Assembly: GCA_041690595.1 (NCBI GenBank)
Contig: JAWLHB010000064.1
Location: forward strand, 1-33,618
Direction: 5' to 3'
Source: Lentisphaeria bacterium
GTDB taxonomy: Bacteria; Verrucomicrobiota; Lentisphaeria; JABSQK01; JAWLHB01
Length of the DNA: 33,618 bases
The translations under genes and the position numbers were made by a program. Under the pieces are notes generated by a model, which was not told the DNA's origin, did no database searches, and saw nothing but the letters and a program-made list of their open reading frames with translations. Positions 1-8,225 of the stretch are shown piece by piece. Within the stretch, counting starts at the first letter, position 1, and every line of letters begins with the position of its first letter.

Positions 1-446
1 CACTATTTCGCCAGAAATGAAACCGCTTGAGCCTGTGGTCCGCACAAAAGGCTCAAAAATCGCCATTTCAGCCGTCACTTATGCTGAAGTTGGGCTAACA
101 ACAGCAGGCACGACCACAGATACAGGGACATATGGCAAGAAGGTAAGGGCTGAGGCCCGCCCCAGTGACAGTCCTGCGCTTCATCTGCTGGTTAAGTGTC
201 TTGATCTTCAGGCGAAGGGCCTGGCTGTCCGGTGAACTCGATGGTACTTTGATGCCCACGGCGTGTGCTCCTCTTGTGTACTCGGTTTGGTCGACCAAAA
301 ACAGGAAAAACGCCATCTTACTTTGTCCAGATGCACCAACCGGAAATATACCCGAATCGTAAGATGCGCCGCTATTACCCCGATTCTCCCTGGACCGCCA
401 AAGCTGCCCAGCTTCTGGGCAACGCTCCCTTGCCCACCCTCGTGCC

Positions 447-635
447 TTAGCCGAAGGTGGCGGCGTTGCAGCCAGCACCGCTGCGCGCCTCCAGCGCGAC
501 CAACTCACTCATCGCAATCTCCCACACAGGGACCACACGGATGGGCTCGATGAGCTTGCGAATGGGCCACTCGTCGTCCTTCCTGCAGGATCAGGGTCTG
601 AACCCGCGGGTACAGTCGGAGCGCGGGCCACCGTA
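447..635 (-). pseudogene. Relic of a DUF5696-like glycoside hydrolase gene (C-terminal fragment with internal deletion and stop)
   Basis: Manual translation, absent from the ORF track: YGGPRSDCTRGFRP*SCRKDDEWPIRKLIEPIRVVPVWEIAMSELVALEARSG. It matches HGGPRSDCSAGQ and KPDWPIHSLLAHGDVVPIWQLVFSGLTVCEARGG of the intact 20604..22544 protein. Internal TGA at 593..591. Confidence 0.75.
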
Positions 636-749
636 CGTTTCCTGCCGGGATCAGAGATACCGATGCTACCAGACGCGACAAGCCACATGTCTCACCACCC
701 TCGCTTGCTATGACCTGCATGCACGTGCCATACACGTCTTCTTTGCCGC

Positions 750-3700
750 TCAGGGCTTGAGCTCGAGGACATTCGCCAGCGGCAGAGTGGTCCCCGCCGG
801 AACAGAGACGGGTTCGGTGCTGAAGCCCTGTATGGTAGGCAGGTCGGCAATGAGCAGCCGTGTGGTGATCGCCGAATCGGTGGGATTATGGAATGCGACG
901 CGAATCAACTCCGCCGAAATCGCCAGCACATCGAGGCGCAACTCCCGATGGTCACACTGGACCGGATGACCGGCGAAAAGCGCCCCGCCTACACGCATGT
1001 CCGCATGCGTGAAGAGGCTCCCCTCAAAGACCGGCCCCGCCACGAACTCACCATCGCCACGCATAATCCCCGCCGTCCAGCCCGCATGGAGCCCGTCGAT
1101 GCGAAGCGGCACGCGAAAGGGCATGATTGCAGCAGGTGTTACATCGCCTAGCAGCACACCATTCTCGGCCTGGAAATGCTGCACATAGCCAGAGGCAATG
1201 GGCTCCCCGTCGCGTAGCGTGATTGTATAGGGTGCTTGGCCAAAGCCCATCCCGTAACGATAGAAATCCGCGGCTTCCTTCGGCACCTTTACGTAGCGAC
1301 AACGAAATTCGGTGCCGACGGGGACGGGCAAGCCGTGGGTTTCCGGTGGTTTGAAGCCAAGACGACCATGGACACTGACACGCATCCCTGGTGAAAGCAC
1401 AATGATGTCGTCCACGGCTGCGCCGACAGGAAGATCCAGGTAAGGCTCCGTCAGCCGTCCATTGGCGGCAGGTGCAGGTGCTTCTCCGAGGTCAAGAAAA
1501 TCATCAGCATCAGCAGCGGTGGCGCTTTCTGCTTCTGCAGGCATGGCGTATTCCGCCGGTTTCCCGGTCAGGCAGACGGGCTGGACACTGACAATGGAGA
1601 CGGTGGGAAAGACATTCCAGTCGGGAACGATCGGGATCTTGGTACGCAATACCACTTCGCGGACGACGCCGTACATGTTGTTGGTGTTGACGGGTTCTTT
1701 CGCCAACATGTTCTGGTGATTGTAGAATCGCGCGTACCCGTCAAATATACGAGAGGGGGCGGTGCCGTGGCTGGGGCGAGCATCCATCGCGATATCGTGG
1801 AACTTGGCATCGTACCATCGCAGGCCCAAATCTGCATGCGTCAGTGTGAGGCCATTGCCGACAACGGGGAAGGAGAGACGCGGTGCCAGGTTGACCCCCG
1901 TGGCCTCATTAAAGGCGGCAAAGATCCCCTCGCCTTCTTTCGACGCCGGTGAGCTCAAGATGGGATTGACGTCCGCCAGCTGGGTGCCGGTGTAGAAGAT
2001 GCCGGGTTCGCCCAGCCAGTTCTGTCTATCACTGCAGCGATAGACACCGCCGGGCGTTCCGACCTGTCCGATCGATGGCGTAATCGCTTCTCCGCCAGCC
2101 GCGTCCACGACATGCAGGTACGCATAGGTGTTGACACCGCGGCGGACGAGGTAAGGCTGCTCGACACGCTGATCATTGTGCAGCCAACGTTTCCAGACCA
2201 CGTAGTCGGACATCAAGCGGACTTCTTTGATTGGGGCTTCCGGCGATGCGGCGGTAAGGATGGCGCGATTGCGGTTCAAGTCCCGTACGAGAGGGCCTGA
2301 ACTAACGAAATAGTGGGGAGGATTGTTGAAGAAAACCAGCGTATCTGCCCGCAGATAGAGTGTCGCATTGGCGGGTGTATCGGCGCGAATATAGGTTTGC
2401 AGGCCGGTTGCACCATGCGTCGCCAGCTCTTCTGGAGAGTATGTTTCGTGAACAGCGATGGGTAGGGGGCGGCTGAAATTGAACGCCGACCATTGGTAGG
2501 CCAGGAGCCCATTATCCACCATTTTCCCTTCGCGATAAGTCCGTACGGCAATACCGGAGTAGAACTTGTAGAGCTCATGGGGTAGTGGGGTGGTCGACGG
2601 TCGCAGGATTGCACTGAAGTGGTTGCCGAAGCCAAGCACGATATAGGGTGTTTCGACGATGCGCTTGCCATCGGCGTCGAGTTGATAAGGGCGCGGATAG
2701 TGGCGAGTCCCCGCGATGAGAAAGCGGTTGTTATAGGGATCGCCGATGTCGAAGCCCGGGAGGACTTTCAGGTCGTCATCCGAGGCGTCATCGCAGGCCT
2801 TCAGATAGGCTTGCCAGCCGGCCCGATCGGTATGCTCAAAGGTCTCCGCCATCACCAAAATACCATAGCCTGCCCGGCGCGCTGCTTTGGCATAATCGGC
2901 GATTGATCCAGTGCCATCGCTATAGGCACTGCGGGCACCAATAAAGAGCTTGATCGGCTCCAAGGCTGCTGCTTCGGGTGTGGAGGCTCCCCAAGGCGCC
3001 CCAGAAAGTGGCGCAGGTAGGTCTATGGAAGCGGCCGTTTCCGCGCTGTACCCGCCAAAGCCGCTGGCCTGCCCAGCTTCCGCCAGCCATCTCAACCCAT
3101 TATGCACGAATCGCCATCCATCGCTGGAGTGATTCTCTACCCCTTTGTCCAGAAAGATACCGTCGATGATCCCCGTATGTCGTTCGTCGATACCTTCTTG
3201 ATCCGTGGCCATGAAGGGGTGACTGAATATATACATGTCGGACATGCAGGATAGCAATAGGCGTCCTTTCCCGACCTGCCGAACTGCGACGATCACGGAT
3301 TTCGAGCTCGCCTCGGGGACCGGGATCCAGCCGGATTGCAGGCCCCACGCTTCCTGGCTGCTTGGCATTGAACGGACCAGTGGCGTCCACTCTGCAGCCT
3401 CCAGGCGAAGGGGGACGGTGGAGTAGGCGTCGTCCCAACGCATGAGATTGATCGGGTAGAGGAGTGAGCGCACGCCCTCGGTGACCGGGTGCGGATGGAT
3501 CTGGGTCGTCCAGGCATAGTTGTCTAGCTCGGTGGTGTGTGCGTCATCGCGCACTTGCCGTGGCAGAATCGTCGCCCCCCATTTCTTCAGATAACGGTTC
3601 CATGCATCTGCTGATATCGTGCCACCGCCGCCATGTAAAGTTGGCGTCAGCCATAGGCCGCCCCCCTCTCTCAGATACGCATCCAGCAAGCTCAGGTTTC

Positions 3701-4019
3701 GTTGCATGTTGCGGTAGTACTTGAGGAAATCGTCCCCATTCAGAATGTAGCGTGTGTGCGGTCCGACAAAGTCGACGACGACTACGGCCTCGAAGAGGCG
3801 GAGGTAGGCGGCGCTCAGTGGCTTCTCCAAGGGGCGCGAATGCGTTGCAATGCCAGTCTCCGCCAGCCGCCGCGCCATGGTCTCATCCAGCCCGTCGCGC
3901 CCCGCCAAGAACAGCACATGTGCAGTCGGTGCAGGGGGCTCCAGCACCATCGGGTCCGCCCGGACAATCGCACCCGTGGCCAATGCCGCCAACAGTAGCC
4001 ATCGTCTGACTGTGCTCAC
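750..4019 (-). CDS. Large secreted protein (~1089 aa): class I GATase-like domain, degenerate PHP-like (CehA/McbA-like) domain and uncharacterised C-terminus; paralogue of 8226..11537
   Basis: Start re-called at GTG 4019, which overlaps the upstream TAG (TAGTG), has GGGAG upstream and gives the signal peptide [21 protein letters not shown]. Motifs: LDAYLREGGGLWL, VGKGRLLL, GARSAYSDGTGSIADYAKAARRAGY, VLPGFD. Confidence 0.8.
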   Translation of the reverse strand: MSTVRRWLLLAALATGAIVRADPMVLEPPAPTAHVLFLAGRDGLDETMARRLAETGIATHSRPLEKPLSAAYLRLFEAVVVVDFVGPHTRYILNGDDFLKYYRNMQRNLSLLDAYLREGGGLWLTPTLHGGGGTISADAWNRYLKKWGATILPRQVRDDAHTTELDNYAWTTQIHPHPVTEGVRSLLYPINLMRWDDAYSTVPLRLEAAEWTPLVRSMPSSQEAWGLQSGWIPVPEASSKSVIVAVRQVGKGRLLLSCMSDMYIFSHPFMATDQEGIDERHTGIIDGIFLDKGVENHSSDGWRFVHNGLRWLAEAGQASGFGGYSAETAASIDLPAPLSGAPWGASTPEAAALEPIKLFIGARSAYSDGTGSIADYAKAARRAGYGILVMAETFEHTDRAGWQAYLKACDDASDDDLKVLPGFDIGDPYNNRFLIAGTRHYPRPYQLDADGKRIVETPYIVLGFGNHFSAILRPSTTPLPHELYKFYSGIAVRTYREGKMVDNGLLAYQWSAFNFSRPLPIAVHETYSPEELATHGATGLQTYIRADTPANATLYLRADTLVFFNNPPHYFVSSGPLVRDLNRNRAILTAASPEAPIKEVRLMSDYVVWKRWLHNDQRVEQPYLVRRGVNTYAYLHVVDAAGGEAITPSIGQVGTPGGVYRCSDRQNWLGEPGIFYTGTQLADVNPILSSPASKEGEGIFAAFNEATGVNLAPRLSFPVVGNGLTLTHADLGLRWYDAKFHDIAMDARPSHGTAPSRIFDGYARFYNHQNMLAKEPVNTNNMYGVVREVVLRTKIPIVPDWNVFPTVSIVSVQPVCLTGKPAEYAMPAEAESATAADADDFLDLGEAPAPAANGRLTEPYLDLPVGAAVDDIIVLSPGMRVSVHGRLGFKPPETHGLPVPVGTEFRCRYVKVPKEAADFYRYGMGFGQAPYTITLRDGEPIASGYVQHFQAENGVLLGDVTPAAIMPFRVPLRIDGLHAGWTAGIMRGDGEFVAGPVFEGSLFTHADMRVGGALFAGHPVQCDHRELRLDVLAISAELIRVAFHNPTDSAITTRLLIADLPTIQGFSTEPVSVPAGTTLPLANVLELKP

Positions 4020-4795
4020 TAATCGCTCCCGAAGTTGTAGAGGAGAAGTTTGCCGTCGTAGCTGTAGATATTGGCGGGCACGGACGGTAGCCATGTGGTG
4101 TGATAGAAACGGATGATGCGATGCAGTGGCTGCTCCGTTGGGTGAAGCAATCCTGCTTGTGTGTAGTACGAGCTGGTATCGTTGGCGGGATTACCCTTAT
4201 TCCAGTCCAAGTCGTTGAAAGAATACCAGTTCACGGTGAGGGCGCCCGTCACCATATTCATGCCATCAGGGTGATAGGGCTTGGTAGAGGCACCCTCCCA
4301 CACCCAATTGTTGTATAGAGTGGGAACCAAGCCATAGACGTCGTTGAACATGGCCCAGCGCGTCGGCTCGGCCAGTTGATTGCGCTTGATCGGGTGGGCC
4401 CACGTGTGATCCTTGGTTGGGTCGCCAGGTTCGTACCCGCCACCGTGATACATATAATCGTAGGCAGACGTCTGCGCGGCCGAGGGGCATCGCGTCACCT
4501 TACCGGTCACTCCATACTCCCGCAGTTTGTCGATCGGGAAATAGCTCGGCATCATCTGCCAATAGCCGTAGGCTCTTGTCGGCAAGACATCGTCCTGCTC
4601 ATCGGCATAGATCTCGCTGGCCGTACCGATCTGACGCAGGTTGCTCATGCAGACAACGCGTCTACCCCGTTCCCGCGCTGCGGACAGAGCGGGCAGCAAC
4701 AGAGCAGCGAGAATGGCGATAATAGCGATCACGACCAAAAGCTCGATAAGCGTGAAGGAACGATACAGTTTCATCTTCATATTTCTGGGATTCAT
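4019..4795 (-). CDS. Prepilin-type N-terminal cleavage/methylation domain protein (DUF1559-like)
   Basis: Basic leader followed by [44 protein letters not shown], an internal CPS motif and a C-terminal H...N motif. AGGAG lies 7 nt before the ATG. Confidence 0.92.
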   Translation of the reverse strand: MNPRNMKMKLYRSFTLIELLVVIAIIAILAALLLPALSAARERGRRVVCMSNLRQIGTASEIYADEQDDVLPTRAYGYWQMMPSYFPIDKLREYGVTGKVTRCPSAAQTSAYDYMYHGGGYEPGDPTKDHTWAHPIKRNQLAEPTRWAMFNDVYGLVPTLYNNWVWEGASTKPYHPDGMNMVTGALTVNWYSFNDLDWNKGNPANDTSSYYTQAGLLHPTEQPLHRIIRFYHTTWLPSVPANIYSYDGKLLLYNFGSD

Positions 4796-4833
4796 CTCTA
4801 TGCTCCTGCGATGAGAGGTTCTCGACGTCCTCT

Positions 4834-4861
4834 ATTATAACTGCCAATTAACGGGCGTCAA
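4834..4861 (-). promoter_or_regulatory. Sigma70-type promoter for the prepilin/large-protein operon
   Basis: Minus strand reads TTGACG (4861..4856)-N16-TATAAT (4839..4834) in the AT-rich divergent intergenic region. Confidence 0.7.
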
Positions 4862-4867
4862 GCACGT

Positions 4868-4892
4868 TTAAAATAGTTATCCATTATTTTAA
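4868..4892. promoter_or_regulatory. Inverted repeat, candidate operator
   Basis: TTAAAATA-N9-TATTTTAA with perfect 8-bp arms, just upstream of the -35 box, between divergent genes. Confidence 0.4.
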
Positions 4893-4977
4893 TACACTTG
4901 TTGCATTCTGTCCTTATGGTCACAAATTAAGAGCACACACTCGACGTCCTTCAGCCGACAACAGGAGCCTTCCCTCA

Positions 4978-7101
4978 ATGGTGATCAGACTACCTCATGC
5001 CGAATTGGAACTGCACGAAAATGCTCAGGGGCAGTTTCTCGGCTTCGGCACTATCCAACTTGACGGTGTGTCGCTGCGTGATGGCAGAACGCCGTTGGCC
5101 CTGCGGCTGGACACGCCGGAGGGTATTCTCTACACGACGCTGGTTCGACGCGAGATTCGCGAAGCGGGCGGTGGTGTTGATCTGGTGCTCGATGCTCATG
5201 GTTGCGACTGGGGGCGCTGTGACTATATGGACGACTACGAGCAGTCGCTGATCGTGCCGTCCCGCCCGGAAGCGATGGTCGACGAGATCATCGTGAGTCT
5301 GCGTCCGGTTTCGCGGACGATTCGCGAGCGGGTGTTTCATGGCTTCAGCCTGGGGTTCCGTTTTCGCAGCGACACGCGGCAGATTCATCGGCTGCTGCTG
5401 CGTGGGACCTGGGAGTTGGGCGGCACCTTGGATGGCACCACGGTCTTGTCGCAGGGCCAGTGCAACATGCCGGTCTACACGGGCGGTGCCGAGGGGCTCT
5501 TCACCACGACTTGCCTCAATACGCTGGAGCGCTATGGTGATCCCTGCCAGGTCTCCTACCAGATGGGAGTGCGCGGTGGATTGGTCCAGCCGTTCGACTT
5601 CGAGTTTTCGGCGCAAGGCGCGCTATTCGCCTGGTGGCCTGAGCAGGATCAGGTCTGCAGCTGGTCCGAAAGTCCTCCGGGTGACCATCGTCTGCATGTT
5701 GCTGACGAGTGGCGTTTCCCATTGGCAGGCGATGTCACCGTGCCCCCCAAGGAGATCCTCTTTCACGCCGGTGAGCTGGCCGACCATGACGCGCGCAATC
5801 TCTGGTGGTCGGCGCGCGAGCTCGTCTATGGCGCCCTGCGCGAGCGCTTCGATGTTGCCCCTACACCAGCACGCCCCGAAGTGACCTTCAAGTACGAGAC
5901 CGAGTACGTCGATACCCCCGCGGGACGCCGCCTGAAGATGAAGATCTGCGGCCAAGTCGTCCCCCACGAAGAGCTCCTCTACGCCATTGGCGACCTCGTC
6001 CTGCCGCGCCTGGCCAAAGTCGGCATCAAGCGCTTTCACTGCGAGTTCGTGCACGAGAGCGACGTCACGGTACTGGGGGACAAGTGCAAACTCGAGGATG
6101 GCGTGCATGGGGGAATGTTCTGCTCCAGCGTCTGCGCCACGCACCGCTTCTTCCCCTCGGACTTCTGGGGCGGCATCCAGGCTTTTCGCTATATGGCCGA
6201 CAAGGCACACGATCTGGGCATGGAGATCGGCAGCTGGTTCGCCCCCCACTTTTCGCCGCGTTCTCCCTACTTTGTCGAGCACCCTGAGTGGAAGATTACG
6301 GGCCCAGCGACTCACCCCAACAGCGCCGGCTACACCTTTGCCAGCTTGATCAGCGCCGATTGGAATACGCCCATTTACGATGCCGTGCTCGCCGATCTGA
6401 CCCGTTGGCACAAGGAAGGCGGACTCGACTACCTGTGGAACGACTCGTTCAGCAACCTCGGTGTAGGCATGGTCAACTACCGCGAGCGCATGCGCCCCAA
6501 TTTCAGCGCCCTCGGCCGCCTGTACAGTGACCTGCAAAAGGTCGGCATCCGCTCCTTCGGCTACGAGTCGCTGTCGCCCTGGGGCATGCCGCAGTTTTCC
6601 ATCATGGATCTACGCGGCGACCTGACAGAGGAGAAAGGCGCTGTCCCCGGTCAGAACGACTTCGCCTGGTACCTCGGCAATGAAGACATGCTCGTCAGTT
6701 TCAACGCTGGTATCCACGCTCGCAAGCGGGATGACGAAGAACTGCAGCGCATCCAATTCAAAGCTCACGCCGGTGGCGCCTGTGTCGACTGGAAGCAGAA
6801 GAGCACCCCGGCCTACCAGTACGACGCGTGGTACGGTGAGCTCAATCGCGCCTACGAAACCGCTCGCCCATTTATGCAGTACCGTACGTTGCTCCCAGAA
6901 GACCAGGGCGTGTGCTGGCAAGGCGGTAACACGACGGTCATGTGGACGTTCCAAGACAACACCATTGACGTGCCGCCCGAAGCCGACGTAGAGGTACTTC
7001 ATGGGGCTCCCCCTGATCGGCACAGCAGCACCAGCGTTGCCCTGCCAGCCTGGGGCGTCTACCGCATCTCCCAAACCCTGATCCACCGAGAAACGCCATG
7101 A
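4978..7101 (+). CDS. Putative glycoside hydrolase, divergent GH36/clan GH-D-like TIM barrel; no obvious signal peptide
   Basis: 707-aa ORF with AGGAG RBS. GGIQAFRYMADKAHDLGMEIGSWFAP..SPYFVEHPEW and GGLDYLWNDS resemble the GH36 GmkfGlW..P..S.l..eHPdW and giDYiKwD motifs. Confidence 0.6.
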   Translation: MVIRLPHAELELHENAQGQFLGFGTIQLDGVSLRDGRTPLALRLDTPEGILYTTLVRREIREAGGGVDLVLDAHGCDWGRCDYMDDYEQSLIVPSRPEAMVDEIIVSLRPVSRTIRERVFHGFSLGFRFRSDTRQIHRLLLRGTWELGGTLDGTTVLSQGQCNMPVYTGGAEGLFTTTCLNTLERYGDPCQVSYQMGVRGGLVQPFDFEFSAQGALFAWWPEQDQVCSWSESPPGDHRLHVADEWRFPLAGDVTVPPKEILFHAGELADHDARNLWWSARELVYGALRERFDVAPTPARPEVTFKYETEYVDTPAGRRLKMKICGQVVPHEELLYAIGDLVLPRLAKVGIKRFHCEFVHESDVTVLGDKCKLEDGVHGGMFCSSVCATHRFFPSDFWGGIQAFRYMADKAHDLGMEIGSWFAPHFSPRSPYFVEHPEWKITGPATHPNSAGYTFASLISADWNTPIYDAVLADLTRWHKEGGLDYLWNDSFSNLGVGMVNYRERMRPNFSALGRLYSDLQKVGIRSFGYESLSPWGMPQFSIMDLRGDLTEEKGAVPGQNDFAWYLGNEDMLVSFNAGIHARKRDDEELQRIQFKAHAGGACVDWKQKSTPAYQYDAWYGELNRAYETARPFMQYRTLLPEDQGVCWQGGNTTVMWTFQDNTIDVPPEADVEVLHGAPPDRHSSTSVALPAWGVYRISQTLIHRETP

Positions 7102-8192
7102 CTACAACATCTCCCTCCGCCAACCTGCCAGCCGCTTCCGCTGAGGCCTTGGGTTCGCGCGTCGCCGTCGTCCACGGTCAGCTTCTGCGCAGCATCCGCC
7201 AAGGCGACTTCTCCCCTGGTGAGAAGCTCCCGACACTCGACGAGATGTCCGCGCACTTCGAGGTCAGCATCAACACCGTGCGCAAGGCTATTGCGGTGCT
7301 GGTCAAAGACGGCTGCCTCACGGCCCGCCAAGGCGCCGGCATCTTCATCCCCGAAACCGAGGGCAGCAGCGATGTCGCCCGGGTCGTCTCCGTCATGCAG
7401 CACTTTTCTTGCGAAGATCTCGGCGAGCTGCAGACCCACGCTCTCAAGCGCGAGGTGATCCTCTGCACGATTCCGCATGGGCTGACCCAATACGAGCCCG
7501 CCATTGAACGGCAGCTGCTGCAACAGGTGCTGACGACCCGGCAACGCGGCCTGCTCGCCAACTGCACGCCCATCCAACCACAGAACCTCGACCTCATCGA
7601 CAGCATCCAGGAGGCGGGCATCCGCGTCATCCACATCAACCATTACGACGCGTCGCTGCCGCGGCAATGCTACCTGCTACCCGACTATCACAAGGCCGGT
7701 TACATGGCCGCTGTTCACCTGCTGATCCACGGCTACAACCGCCTCGTCTACTCCACGCACGAACGCCCCTGGCCAGCCGCGCAGGTCGTCTTTGCCGGCT
7801 TCCGCGACGCGTTGAAGGACTACGGTGTCGGCTTCGATAAGACGAACAACGTCCATCGCATCAAGACCGGTGAGCCCGCGGATCTGGCCAGCTTCCGCCG
7901 CCTGGTGGAGAGCACCGAGGGTCGACTCGGCATCCTGGCGTTGAACGAAGCGGACGGCGACGGCTTGCGCCGTGAAGCCACGGAATGTGGCTACGATGTC
8001 CCGGGACAGATCGGGATCGTGGCGCCTACCTACCCCGAGAACGCCCACCGCACTGGGCTTGATCGCGTCGCTTTCGACCACCTGCGGATCATCTGTGAAG
8101 CAGTCGACTTCGTGACCGCGGAGAACTGGACCGCTCCGCGAGAGCTTCGTCCCCCCACGCTCGAGCGCCACGGCACCGTGGCCAAACCCTGA
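7098..8192 (+). CDS. GntR-family wHTH regulator with LacI-type sugar-sensing domain (AraR-like architecture)
   Basis: PGEKLPTLDEMSAHFEVSINTVRKAIAVLVKDGCLTARQGAGIFI; C-terminal DYHKAGYMAAVHLLIHGY and YDVPGQIGIV. ATGA overlap with the upstream gene. Confidence 0.9.
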   Translation: MTTTSPSANLPAASAEALGSRVAVVHGQLLRSIRQGDFSPGEKLPTLDEMSAHFEVSINTVRKAIAVLVKDGCLTARQGAGIFIPETEGSSDVARVVSVMQHFSCEDLGELQTHALKREVILCTIPHGLTQYEPAIERQLLQQVLTTRQRGLLANCTPIQPQNLDLIDSIQEAGIRVIHINHYDASLPRQCYLLPDYHKAGYMAAVHLLIHGYNRLVYSTHERPWPAAQVVFAGFRDALKDYGVGFDKTNNVHRIKTGEPADLASFRRLVESTEGRLGILALNEADGDGLRREATECGYDVPGQIGIVAPTYPENAHRTGLDRVAFDHLRIICEAVDFVTAENWTAPRELRPPTLERHGTVAKP

Positions 8193-8225
8193 CTGTTACC
8201 CACCCCGTAAACTCTGGAGACCCAC

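Noticed and set aside
4020..4094. N-terminal extensions in the ORF track (starts at 4094, 31080, 31028, 15958, 20091)
   Set aside because: They overlap neighbouring genes or promoters. Downstream starts give RBS plus signal peptide or domain starts, and 20091 is an artefact of the frameshift.
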